A DNA stretch of 63,103 bases, filler included, from Thermoplasmatota archaeon (GTDB taxonomy: Archaea; Thermoplasmatota; E2; JACPAO01; JAHFTW01), in the NCBI GenBank assembly GCA_041623215.1. It is 9 parts of 9 records of this genome, joined end to end, with 100 filler letters (N's around TTAATTAATTAA, not from the genome) between each part and the next. Parts side by side here need not be neighbours in the genome. Positions count along the whole stretch, not along the records: positions 49,451 to 56,243 come from JBFJXH010000095.1; positions 56,344 to 63,103 come from JBFJXH010000096.1; 7 more parts are not named here. One strand, written 5' to 3'. Below, piece by piece: positions 49,451 through 58,335 of the stretch; the stretch's first letter is position 1; each line of letters opens with the position of its first letter. The position numbers and the translations under genes are program-made. The notes under the pieces are model-generated. The model did no database searches and was not told the origin of the DNA. It was given only the letters and a program-made list of their open reading frames with translations.

Positions 49451-51838
49451 CCGGTCAACGATGCGCCGGCCGCCGTGGACGACGATGCCAGCGGCCCCGA
49501 AGACCAGGCGTTGGACATCGACGTGTTGATTAACGACGTAGACGCCGAGGGCGATGCCCTTGCAATCGTCGCCGTGACCCAGCCACCGAATGGTGCCGTG
49601 GTGTTCAACGCAAGTGGCGTAACATTCCGGCCGCAGGCAGAGTTTGAGGGCGTGACTACCTTCGACTATACAATTGAGGATACGGGTGGCCTTCGTTCGT
49701 CGGCCACGGTGACTGTCACAATCATCGGCGCCAACGATCCGCCCAATGCGCCCGACGTTTCTGCTTCGACGGATGAAGACACGTCCGTGCTGATTCACGT
49801 CTTGCGGGATGCCACGGATGTGGACGGAGACACGCTCCACATCGAAGCAATCACGCAGCCAGAGCATGGCGGTGCGGCCATCGAAAGCGGTCGCGTACGA
49901 TATGCGCCGCCCGCCGATTGGTTCGGTGTCACGACATTTAGCTACACTGCGGCGGATGGAAACGGCGGCACGGATGATGGCCTAGTCACGGTCACGGTGC
50001 GATCCGTGAACGACGCGCCGGTTGCGGTGGATGACGGTGCCTCAACCGTACAGGATGTGTCCGTTGACGTGCAGGTTCTCGCCAACGACTCTGACCCAGA
50101 GGGCGACGCGCTCACAGTGGCAGACGCAGGTCCGGCCAACAACGGCCAAGTGTCCACGAACGGGTCCTGGGTGCACTACGTGCCCAACCCAGGCTTCGCA
50201 GGCCTAGACTCGTTTGGTTATCGCATCGTGGATGGCCAAGGCGGCGAGGCGACGGCAACTGTGACGGTGCAAGTTGGAGACATCAATGATGCCCCTGTGG
50301 CGGTCGCTGATGCGGTGACAATCAACGAAGATTCCGAAGCCCACGTGGCCGTTCTTGCCAATGACTATGACCCCGAAGGCGACTCGTTCACGCTCACCGC
50401 CGTTGCCGGGGCCCAACATGGTATCGCGCTTCTCAATGGCACGCTTGTGGACTACTTCCCCAACCCGGACTGGAATGGCGAAGAGGTGCTCATCTACAAT
50501 GTAACGGATGTGCACGGGGCCGTGGGGCAAGGATCGCTTACTGTGACGGTTCTGCCGGTCAACGATGCGCCCATCGCCAATGACGACGAATACGTGGTTG
50601 TGCAAGACACGACTGTGGACTTGGATGTGCTCTTGAACGACACAGACCCCGAAGGCGATTACTTCGAAGTGCTGGGTGCCGACCCGCCCGACCAAGGGGG
50701 CTCCACTGACGCGCAAGAATCGTTCGTCCGTTACACGCCGGCACCCGGCTTCACGGGCATGGAAAGGTTCCGGTATCTCATCTGGGACGGGGACTCATTT
50801 TCATCGACCCGCGAGGCTTGGGTCACCGCCTACGTGCATCCCGATTCGGACGGGGACGGTGTCGTCGATGCGATGGACAATTGTCCCTCGACCGCCAACC
50901 CGCAACAAGCCGACAGCGACGGTGACAAGGTAGGGGATGTGTGCGACCCGGACGCTGACCCTGATGGCGACGGGCGCGTAAACGACGTGGACAATTGCCC
51001 GCTCGTAGCCAACCCCGACCAAGCCAACGCGGATAACGACGAGTACGGCGATGCGTGCGACAGTGACCGCGATGGCGACCAAGTGGACAACGAAGTCGAT
51101 AACTGTCCTGACACAGCGAACCCCAACCAAGACAACCTCGACCGAGACAGTTTCGGGGATGCGTGTGACGACGATGTTGATGGCGATGGCGAACCAAATG
51201 CAACCGACAACTGCGTGACCACACCAAATCCTGGCCAATTCGACCTAGACGGCGACCGGTTGGGTGACGCCTGTGACCCTGACCGAGACGGTGACTTGAT
51301 TGCCAATGGAAGCGACAATTGTCCATCTCATTCGAATGCCAACCAGGCGGACGCCGACCGTGACGGCAAGGGCGACGCGTGCGACCCGGTGTGCAACTTC
51401 ACCATCAGTCTCGCCCTTGACCGACAACGATGGAGCATCTTCGACAACATCACGGGCAATCTCACCATCGACGGTCTTCCCACCTGCCTCGACGTGGAAG
51501 GCCTGCAAGTAAACCTCACCAGCACATACTACCTGCCCGCTGCCATGGACCCTTCACTCGGGGACGTGCTTCGCAACGAAGTGATTCCCACGCTGTGGAC
51601 GGCGCAGTTGGACTGCCAACTCGATGCCCAAGGGCGGTGCCAGTTTGTCGTGAACAAGACTGCCTTGGCGGGCGTTGGCGGCGATCCAATTCTGAACATT
51701 CCGACGGTCATTCAGGATGTGCCGCTCGAGGAGCCCGATGGGCGCTGGATCGTGGACGCTTGGGTGGCCAGCGCCGATGTCGAAGCGACCGCTGCGACCT
51801 CGTACCATGTCCATGTGCTAGACCCGGGACTCGCCTAG
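49451..51838 (+). CDS. Large surface protein: tandem cadherin-like/Ig repeats + thrombospondin type-3 Ca-binding repeats (5' truncated)
   Basis: About five VNDAP.A.DD...VL.ND.D.EGD repeats, then five DNC...N..Q.D.D.D..GD.CD units. Confidence 0.88.
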   Translation, partial: PVNDAPAAVDDDASGPEDQALDIDVLINDVDAEGDALAIVAVTQPPNGAVVFNASGVTFRPQAEFEGVTTFDYTIEDTGGLRSSATVTVTIIGANDPPNAPDVSASTDEDTSVLIHVLRDATDVDGDTLHIEAITQPEHGGAAIESGRVRYAPPADWFGVTTFSYTAADGNGGTDDGLVTVTVRSVNDAPVAVDDGASTVQDVSVDVQVLANDSDPEGDALTVADAGPANNGQVSTNGSWVHYVPNPGFAGLDSFGYRIVDGQGGEATATVTVQVGDINDAPVAVADAVTINEDSEAHVAVLANDYDPEGDSFTLTAVAGAQHGIALLNGTLVDYFPNPDWNGEEVLIYNVTDVHGAVGQGSLTVTVLPVNDAPIANDDEYVVVQDTTVDLDVLLNDTDPEGDYFEVLGADPPDQGGSTDAQESFVRYTPAPGFTGMERFRYLIWDGDSFSSTREAWVTAYVHPDSDGDGVVDAMDNCPSTANPQQADSDGDKVGDVCDPDADPDGDGRVNDVDNCPLVANPDQANADNDEYGDACDSDRDGDQVDNEVDNCPDTANPNQDNLDRDSFGDACDDDVDGDGEPNATDNCVTTPNPGQFDLDGDRLGDACDPDRDGDLIANGSDNCPSHSNANQADADRDGKGDACDPVCNFTISLALDRQRWSIFDNITGNLTIDGLPTCLDVEGLQVNLTSTYYLPAAMDPSLGDVLRNEVIPTLWTAQLDCQLDAQGRCQFVVNKTALAGVGGDPILNIPTVIQDVPLEEPDGRWIVDAWVASADVEATAATSYHVHVLDPGLA

Positions 51839-51876
51839 TCCATCAGCGTTATACGGTGCACGGACTCGGACGGGTC

Positions 51877-52386
51877 ATGACAGAGCGTACCGAATGGCTC
51901 CAGGAGCAACGGGACCAAAGCGGCTACCAAAGCGTGGACCCCGCGCCCCCGGCGGCGGCTGTGGGCCTCGAGCCCTCGGTCCCAGAGCTTCGAGCTTCGC
52001 TCTTGGATACAAGTTCGTCCATGTTCCAGCGGATGCGCGCCGTGTTTGCCCTTCGTAACCGGGGCGGCCCCGAAGCGGTCGACGCCCTGGCGGCGGCCTT
52101 CAAGGATCCGTCGGCCCTGTTGCGTCATGAATTGGCGTATGTGCTTGGCCAAATGGGTGACCGGCATGCTATTCCCGTGCTAACCGACGTTTTGGCTACC
52201 GAGGACGAGCACGTAATGGTGCGCCACGAAGCGGCCGAAGCACTCGGCGCTATTGGCGATGAAAGTGCGCGCGCCGTTTTGGAGCGCTTCCTCTCTGACC
52301 CCCACCCCGAAGTGGCGGAGTCATGCGAGGTTGCCCTGGATTTGCTGGACTGGGTCAACTCCGACGACCTGCACTACGCAGCCTAG
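51877..52386 (+). CDS. HEAT-repeat protein, half-size deoxyhypusine hydroxylase (DOHH)-like
   Basis: SVDPAPP, RAVFALRN.GG, SALLRHELAYVLGQ, MVRHEAAEALGAIG, ESCEVALD; TTATA ~24 nt upstream of the ATG. Confidence 0.8.
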   Translation: MTERTEWLQEQRDQSGYQSVDPAPPAAAVGLEPSVPELRASLLDTSSSMFQRMRAVFALRNRGGPEAVDALAAAFKDPSALLRHELAYVLGQMGDRHAIPVLTDVLATEDEHVMVRHEAAEALGAIGDESARAVLERFLSDPHPEVAESCEVALDLLDWVNSDDLHYAA

Positions 52387-52406
52387 GGTAGGGTCTGGCG
52401 ACCGGC

Positions 52407-53012
52407 TTAATCATCTTCGGCCACCGTTGAGCTACTTTGGATGCCCGCGGCCCTAAGCTGGCGCGCCAACTCTACCTCGAGTTCCCAAAGGTGAATGGGC
52501 ATGAGGTGGATGACCTTGAAACCGTGGGCCTCGTAGCGGCTGGTCTTGATTGCCATGCGGTTGGCATACGACCGAAAACCGGCGCCACCCCAGTACTCTA
52601 CAATGACGCGGCCCTCAATGAGAAAATCGGGGCGCAGGCCTCCCGCGACCTTGGGCTCGTAGGCAAACGACATGCCCGCGTTGGTGAGGAAATTGTGGAT
52701 GCGAGCTTCGGGGCCGCTGCGGACCCACGGCCCTGCTGCGGTTTGGAAGGGCTTGCCGCGTGGCGGCCGTGAGCGGGCCGACTCAGTCCCTGAAGCCGTG
52801 CGGCGACGCCTGAACCAACCGGGGGCCACGCAAAGCGACACTTTTGCTGGCAAAGGAACCTTCCTCCTCAAGCTACCGCGCCACCGCGCCGCTGGGAACG
52901 CGCATGGATGACGCCCCGGTGGGCCCAAACGTCTCCTCAAGCGCCGGTTGGGGGCTTTCCTTCGTCTCCTAGGCGACGCAGGGGCCTTGTCAATGCTCGG
53001 CTTCTGGAGCAT
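52407..53012 (-). CDS. Hypothetical protein with PD-(D/E)XK-like nuclease domain
   Basis: VRS..E..I.NFL...G..F.YE....PDF......IVEYWG...Y......K...Y pattern; start uncertain. Confidence 0.55.
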   Translation of the reverse strand: MLQKPSIDKAPASPRRRRKAPNRRLRRRLGPPGRHPCAFPAARWRGSLRRKVPLPAKVSLCVAPGWFRRRRTASGTESARSRPPRGKPFQTAAGPWVRSGPEARIHNFLTNAGMSFAYEPKVAGGLRPDFLIEGRVIVEYWGGAGFRSYANRMAIKTSRYEAHGFKVIHLMPIHLWELEVELARQLRAAGIQSSSTVAEDD

Positions 53013-53139
53013 GCGGGGGGGGAACTTGGTGGGCCGGTTGCCTTCATGTTCGTCGGGCTTTCGCTAGTTCGTAACCGACGGATTGCCTGCGGCCGGCAGG
53101 GCGATTAGGCCCTGGGCACCACTGCCACAGCGACCAGCC

Positions 53140-53610
53140 CTAGGGGGTGATACCTGGCGATGAAAACGACGGTGCCTCCGTCAGTTTGAACGTGCTGGCC
53201 ATACCCGTCATGCGCGTTGGTTGCAACCGCAAATAGTAGACCTGGCGGTCGCTTCGCTTGGGCGTTCCGTGTGGCAAATAGCCATGAAGGGGTGGAAACG
53301 GCACCGCCATCAAGGCGGCGCGAGCAGCCTCTAATTCGTCCGTCAAGGTCAGCCGCTCAACGGGCCCAAAGACCAATGCACTCTCCCATACGTCGTCGGT
53401 CGCCATGTGAACCACAGTTAAGCAAGCCTCCTCGGTACTGTCGAGGTAATCGTCCTTTTCCCCTGGGTGGCATTGGAAGTACACCGCATCACCGTCGAAC
53501 GAAAAGAACAGTGGCACGTTGTACGTCCTACCCTCCTTCTGGAATGCCAAGCATCCGAACCTACTCGCCCGCACCAGGGCCTCGGTGGCCTCCGGCAACA
53601 TTTGCTCCAT
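53140..53610 (-). CDS. Pyridoxamine 5'-phosphate oxidase-like (NimA-type) flavin-binding protein
   Basis: G.LA.....Y.VP..F......YF....G.K and WES...FG pattern. Confidence 0.7.
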   Translation of the reverse strand: MEQMLPEATEALVRASRFGCLAFQKEGRTYNVPLFFSFDGDAVYFQCHPGEKDDYLDSTEEACLTVVHMATDDVWESALVFGPVERLTLTDELEAARAALMAVPFPPLHGYLPHGTPKRSDRQVYYLRLQPTRMTGMASTFKLTEAPSFSSPGITP

Positions 53611-53782
53611 GCATTGAAGTGGTCGTTGGACCAAAAGCAACTAGTGGTTGATTCTCAGGGCCAAGAAGGCCTACGCCCCCCTGTCCAATCGGGTCTTTGC
53701 GGGACCGAGGCTGATGGGCGCCAGCGGTGGCGCCCCCATACGCCCCTAAATACGGTGGGAGGGTCGCCGGCCAACGGGAGCC

Positions 53783-55339
53783 ATGAGTGTCACCCGTGCC
53801 TTGTTGTCCGTGTCTGATAAGACCGGCATTGTAAGCTTCGCCCAGCGGCTTGATGCCGCCGGCGTCGAACTGATTTCCACGGGTGGAACCGCCGCCCTTC
53901 TTCGCGAAGCCGGGCTGCCAGTGCGCGATGTGGCAGATCTCACCGGCTTTCCCGAAATGATGGATGGGCGTGTCAAAACACTGCATCCGGTCGTTGCCGG
54001 GGGCGTTTTGGCGCTCCGGGACAACCCACAACACGTTGCAAGCATGAACGAGCATGGAATTCCGGCCATTGACCTCGTATGTGTCAACCTCTACCCGTTT
54101 GAGGCCACGGCAGCAAACCGAGATGCCGACCTTGACGAACTCATCGAGCAGATTGACATTGGTGGGCCCAGCCTCTTGCGCGCGGCAGCCAAAAATCACC
54201 GGCACGTGTTCGTAGTAACGCAGCACGACCAATATGACCAGGTTGCCGAAGCCGTGGAGCGTGGCGGCGAACATGCCGACCTGCGACAGGAACTGGCCCT
54301 GCGTGCCTTCCAGCAAACGGCGCGCTACGACGCGGTCATCAGCCGGGTCCTTTCCAAGCGCTTCGGCCTCACGGACTATCCGGAGCACCTGGTGTTTGCC
54401 TACGATCGTCGCGATGTACTCCGTTATGGTGAAAACTCTCACCAGCGCGCCGCCTGGTACGAAAAGGCCGGGCCACGAAACGTCATCGAACCGAGCATTG
54501 TCGGTGCGACCCAGTTGCACGGCAAGCAACTTTCCTACAACAACATCCTCGACGCCGATCTCGCCCTCGAGTCCGTCAAGGAGTTCCCGGAGAAACCGTG
54601 CTGCGTGATTATCAAGCACGCTACGCCGTGCGGCATTGCCATGGCCGACGACCTGGCCGTGGCCTGGCGCGACGCGCTTGCCTGCGACCCGTACAGCCCG
54701 TTTGGCGGCGTCGTTGCGCTCAATCGACCCGTCACCCTGGAAGTGGCTGAAGAACTGGCAAAACTGTTCCTCGAAATCGTCATTGCGCCAGCCTACGAAG
54801 CAGATGCATTGGAGCGCCTGCAACGGAAGAAGAACCTGCGCATCCTCACCGTCCCGGGCTTGGCAGATGACTACCACCGAAGTGGCACCCAGATTCGCAG
54901 CATTACCGGTGGCCTGTTGGTCCAAGACCGCGATCTGAAGCCCTACAACGTAGATGACTGGAAGACTGCCGGCACCGTTGCCGCAACTGCGGAGCAAACG
55001 GAATCCTTACTGTTTGCGGCACGCTGTGTGAAGGCCATCCGCAGCAATGCCGTCGTGTTTGTCCGAGGCACGCGCACAGTGGGCATCGGGGGAGGGCAGA
55101 CTGCCCGTGTGGACTCGACCTTCATTGCGACGCACAAGGGTGGCGAAAACATCGCCGGCAGCGTGATGGCCAGCGACGCGTTCTTCCCGTTCCGCGATGC
55201 CGTTGACGTAGCCGCCCAGCACGGCGTTGCCGCGATTGTGCAGCCCGGCGGCAGCATCCGCGACGACGAAGTCATCGAAGCCGCCAACGAGCACGGAATT
55301 GCGATGGTGTTCAGCGGACAACGCAGTTTCCGCCACTAA
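53783..55339 (+). CDS. purH: Bifunctional AICAR transformylase / IMP cyclohydrolase
   Basis: RALLSVSDKTG, GRVKTLHP, IDIGGP, LRYGENSHQ, SYNN, KH..PCG, SDAFFPF, R.FRH. Confidence 0.96.
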   Translation: MSVTRALLSVSDKTGIVSFAQRLDAAGVELISTGGTAALLREAGLPVRDVADLTGFPEMMDGRVKTLHPVVAGGVLALRDNPQHVASMNEHGIPAIDLVCVNLYPFEATAANRDADLDELIEQIDIGGPSLLRAAAKNHRHVFVVTQHDQYDQVAEAVERGGEHADLRQELALRAFQQTARYDAVISRVLSKRFGLTDYPEHLVFAYDRRDVLRYGENSHQRAAWYEKAGPRNVIEPSIVGATQLHGKQLSYNNILDADLALESVKEFPEKPCCVIIKHATPCGIAMADDLAVAWRDALACDPYSPFGGVVALNRPVTLEVAEELAKLFLEIVIAPAYEADALERLQRKKNLRILTVPGLADDYHRSGTQIRSITGGLLVQDRDLKPYNVDDWKTAGTVAATAEQTESLLFAARCVKAIRSNAVVFVRGTRTVGIGGGQTARVDSTFIATHKGGENIAGSVMASDAFFPFRDAVDVAAQHGVAAIVQPGGSIRDDEVIEAANEHGIAMVFSGQRSFRH

Positions 55340-55384
55340 CTGCGGGAACGCTACCTTCATCCCTCGCGTCGGCCGTATCCATGC

Positions 55385-56179
55385 ATGGCGCTATTCTCGC
55401 GGGCACTGCCGGTTCTGTGGTGCTTTGCGGTGTGCGTGATTGGCATTCTCGGGACATCGCTTCGCCGCGTGGCGGAATCCAGCGGCAGTTGGGGTGAGGA
55501 AATCCTGGGGGCCGCAGTGCCCTTCGTGCTGGCGGCAGCCCTCCTCGCCATGCCGCTCGTCCTTCGGCCGCCCCAATGGACGGTGCGCCACGTAGTCCCG
55601 CTTGCAACGGGAATCCTTGTTGGCTTCCTAGTGGCTGGCTTCGGGGAGGCCCTCCAATGGCGGAGTGCCGGCCCGCTCTTGTTCACGGCAGATGGCGAAG
55701 GCAACGCGGAGGCTGCCCTTGCCGCCTACGTGGCCGTGGTTGGGTTCGTGGGCCTTGCGCTGGCTACTCCGTGGTGGCCCCGTGATAGCCATCCCATCCC
55801 GTTCGTGTTTCTTGTGGCGTTTACCACCGCCAACATGGTGTGGCTTGGCGTGCTTCCCGATACCAGCGGGCCGGGCGCATGGCTTGTTCCGCTCGCCGCA
55901 GCATGCTTGGTGGCCGCATGGTGGTGGCTGAGCCAACCGCGATTGGCTCGCACCAAGAAAATCATTGTTTGGACAGTTGCAGGGCTTGTGCTTGCAGCCA
56001 CTGTGGGGTCCCTATTCTTTGGTAGTCGCTTACATGATGGGGTGGCCCTTTACCCCGCATTCGCCATTGCAGCATGGGTCGTGATTGGCTTGCCTCTCGT
56101 CGTCATAGCAATCCAGGCTTGGCAGATCCCAATCCAGTCCGCAGCCCGACCGTCGCGTCCGCCGCCGGTTGCTGGCTAG
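55385..56179 (+). CDS. Integral membrane protein (hypothetical)
   Basis: About eight hydrophobic segments; no recognised motif. Confidence 0.55.
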   Translation: MALFSRALPVLWCFAVCVIGILGTSLRRVAESSGSWGEEILGAAVPFVLAAALLAMPLVLRPPQWTVRHVVPLATGILVGFLVAGFGEALQWRSAGPLLFTADGEGNAEAALAAYVAVVGFVGLALATPWWPRDSHPIPFVFLVAFTTANMVWLGVLPDTSGPGAWLVPLAAACLVAAWWWLSQPRLARTKKIIVWTVAGLVLAATVGSLFFGSRLHDGVALYPAFAIAAWVVIGLPLVVIAIQAWQIPIQSAARPSRPPPVAG

Positions 56180-56243
56180 TCCAAGCCTTGAAACCCGGCC
56201 CCCAACTCGCCGGCCCGTTGACATTGCGAGTGGTCGTCCTGGC

Positions 56244-56343
56244 NNNNNNNNNNNNNNNNNNNNNNNNNNNNNNNNNNNNNNNNNNNNTTAATTAATTAAN
56301 NNNNNNNNNNNNNNNNNNNNNNNNNNNNNNNNNNNNNNNNNNN
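56244..56343. other. Artificial contig spacer
   Basis: N44-TTAATTAATTAA-N44. Confidence 0.98.
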
Positions 56344-56748
56344 CGCATGTTTGGTCAGTTGCAACGCGGCCAAGCGGTCACGCTTGCCGATGGCACGGTT
56401 GTCTCGCCGGATGACGTGCTCGGGCCAGCGCGCTCTGGGCGACGGTTTGCGTATTCTGGCGATACCCAGCCTTGCCCCGAGTTAGTGGAGGCGGCGCGTG
56501 GCGCCGATTTGTTTGTGTGCGAGGCCACGTTCACGCACGACCTTGTGGAGCGGGCGCGTGAAGTGAAACACATGACGGCCGCCGAAGCCGCCATGACGGC
56601 CAAGGCAGCCGAGGTTCGCCAGCTCGCGTTGACGCACATTTCGCCGCGTTACAAGGATGCCACGCCGGTCCTGGAGGAAGCGAAGGCGATTTTCCCAGAT
56701 ACACGGCTGGCCACGGACCTCATGGCCATCGAGGTGCCGTTCCGGTGA
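56344..56748 (+). CDS. rnz: Ribonuclease Z, 3' part (continuation of 6502-7146)
   Basis: YSGDT, CEATF, HMTA, LTHISPRY; first 141 nt identical to the end of contig 1. Confidence 0.92.
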   Translation, partial: RMFGQLQRGQAVTLADGTVVSPDDVLGPARSGRRFAYSGDTQPCPELVEAARGADLFVCEATFTHDLVERAREVKHMTAAEAAMTAKAAEVRQLALTHISPRYKDATPVLEEAKAIFPDTRLATDLMAIEVPFR

Positions 56749-57173
56749 ATGTAGTCCTGCTGGTGGCGTTGTCGCCATCGCAGGACGGTGGCCAGCCAAC
56801 GGGCGCTGGCAAGAAGGGCGCGCCGAAGACTCGGGCCAAGGCCGCCGCCAAGCCAGCCAAAGCCGCGTCCGAATCCAATCAGGTTCCAGTGGCCGGTCAT
56901 AACCGGGTGGACAAGTACTTCGGCACCAAGCTGCCTCCGGTTTGTGAGCGGCTTGGCTGTTACAAGAGCGACGATGGCAAGCGCTTCTACTGTGTCAATC
57001 CAGCGTGTCAAAAGCATCGGCGGCGCCGGACCAAGCATGGTGGCCGGAGCCTTCCCATGGCCCGCGATGCGCGCCACTTGTTCCGGTGCCCCAGTTGCAA
57101 GAGCCAAGATGTGGATGTCGTGCGCGATCGGGAGTACCTGTGCCGCCGCTGTCTCAACCAATGGCAGGTGTAG
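56745..57173 (+). CDS. Small basic Cys-rich (zinc-ribbon-like) protein
   Basis: GTGA overlap with the rnz stop; CxxxxC, CxxxxC, CxxC and CxxC pairs. Start uncertain. Confidence 0.55.
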   Translation: MNVVLLVALSPSQDGGQPTGAGKKGAPKTRAKAAAKPAKAASESNQVPVAGHNRVDKYFGTKLPPVCERLGCYKSDDGKRFYCVNPACQKHRRRRTKHGGRSLPMARDARHLFRCPSCKSQDVDVVRDREYLCRRCLNQWQV

Positions 57174-57187
57174 CGTAGCGTCGACCC

Positions 57188-57631
57188 CTATTCCTCCAGG
57201 GAGACATCACCAACCACTTCGCCGTCCTCGGTTTCGGGACACAGCCACCAGACGAATGCCTCCGCATCGGGCCAGGGGTCGTCCGCCTCGACGGTGATGG
57301 ACCAGTGGATTGTGCCCAAGGCGTGCGTGCCCACTGGAAGCGCGATGGTGCCTGCGGCGGCCGCCTGCTTCTGCAATTCGAATGTGGTGGTTGCCCCCTG
57401 TCTTCCGGCCAACAGGCGGCTTCGAAACGTGTCGATGACGCGCCGTTCCCAGATGCGCCGGCGAAGCACGCGCACATCCTGACCGGACGCCTGTACTTCA
57501 CCGGGTTCTCCGTTGGCGCCAACAGGTTGGATGGCAACCTGGGCGTCGGGAACCAGGAGGGTGGTGGCGGCTACAACGGCGTCCTCGGACTCCGTCGGAT
57601 AGAGCGAGGCACGCACCTCAACCCGGACCAT
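57188..57631 (-). CDS. UPF0201/DUF54 archaeal putative RNA-binding protein
   Basis: V.A.LYPTE.E..V..A, R.IDT.R, F.L.KQAA..G, WL.P.T.DG pattern. Confidence 0.75.
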   Translation of the reverse strand: MVRVEVRASLYPTESEDAVVAATTLLVPDAQVAIQPVGANGEPGEVQASGQDVRVLRRRIWERRVIDTFRSRLLAGRQGATTTFELQKQAAAAGTIALPVGTHALGTIHWSITVEADDPWPDAEAFVWWLCPETEDGEVVGDVSLEE

Positions 57632-57653
57632 GACGCCGCGACCGCCGCCGCCC

Positions 57654-57659
57654 TTTAAG
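57654..57659. promoter_or_regulatory. Putative bidirectional TATA box (TTTAAG)
   Basis: Only AT-rich element in the 50-bp divergent gap; 22 nt lie between it and each start codon. Confidence 0.5.
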
Positions 57660-57681
57660 CGGCCTTGGACGCTGCCGCGTC

Positions 57682-58230
57682 GTGGCCGCCGACCGACCCA
57701 CGCTGCACCGCTACTTCATGGACATGACGCACCTCGTCAAGGGCAGGGGGACCTGCCCGCGCCGGCAAGTGGGAGCGGTGATTGTCAAAGACAAGCGCGT
57801 CTTGACCACGGGTTACAATGGTGCGCCGCGCGGCTTCCCCCACCCTTGCGACACGGGGTGCATTCGGGACGAGCTGCAGATTCCAAGTGGCATGATGGCC
57901 GATGTCTGCCCGTGTTTGCACGCGGAGCAAAATGCGATACTGCAAGCAGCTACCACGGGTGTGAGCATCGAGGGGGCCGACGTCTATTGCACGACGCAGC
58001 CGTGCACGCAGTGCAGTCGCATGATTGCTAACTGTGGCCTTCGGCGCGTCATCTTTGAGGAGGAGTATGCGGACCCTCTGGCGGTGGGACTCTTGGTCAC
58101 GGCGGGCATTGAATTGTGGAAGTGGGACTCTGAAACGGGCGACATTCGACCCTATGGACGCACCAATACCTGGGAAGAAGCGCAGGACCGTCTGCGAGAG
58201 GAATGGGCCGCTCGAGCCGCGACAGCGTAA
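57682..58230 (+). CDS. dCMP deaminase (ComEB-like)
   Basis: TC.RRQVGA, TGYNG.P, HAEQNA, PC..C zinc motifs. Confidence 0.9.
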   Translation: MAADRPTLHRYFMDMTHLVKGRGTCPRRQVGAVIVKDKRVLTTGYNGAPRGFPHPCDTGCIRDELQIPSGMMADVCPCLHAEQNAILQAATTGVSIEGADVYCTTQPCTQCSRMIANCGLRRVIFEEEYADPLAVGLLVTAGIELWKWDSETGDIRPYGRTNTWEEAQDRLREEWAARAATA

Positions 58231-58335
58231 CGTGGTCTGCCCCGGGCGAACCGAGCCGGCGAAGCTGACCGGCCAGGCGGCATCGGGCCGGAGTCGGCTG
58301 CACACCATTTTCATCCGTGACCCTGATGCGACTGC

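Noticed and set aside
50840..51390. Nucleotide-level tandem repeat array
   Set aside because: The periodicity comes from thrombospondin type-3 protein repeats with divergent codons.
51430..51876. N-terminal extension making the DOHH-like protein full length (318-aa ORF call)
   Set aside because: It overlaps the surface-protein gene in another frame and has no HEAT or HE motifs; ATG 51877 has its own TATA-like box.
7147..56343. Regularly spaced TTAATTAATTAA repeats as a CRISPR or biological repeat
   Set aside because: Always embedded in N44 runs at contig joins; an artificial six-frame stop linker.
56344..56484. Duplicated or pseudogenised RNase Z
   Set aside because: The two pieces are complementary halves with an exact terminal overlap, best explained as an assembly break.
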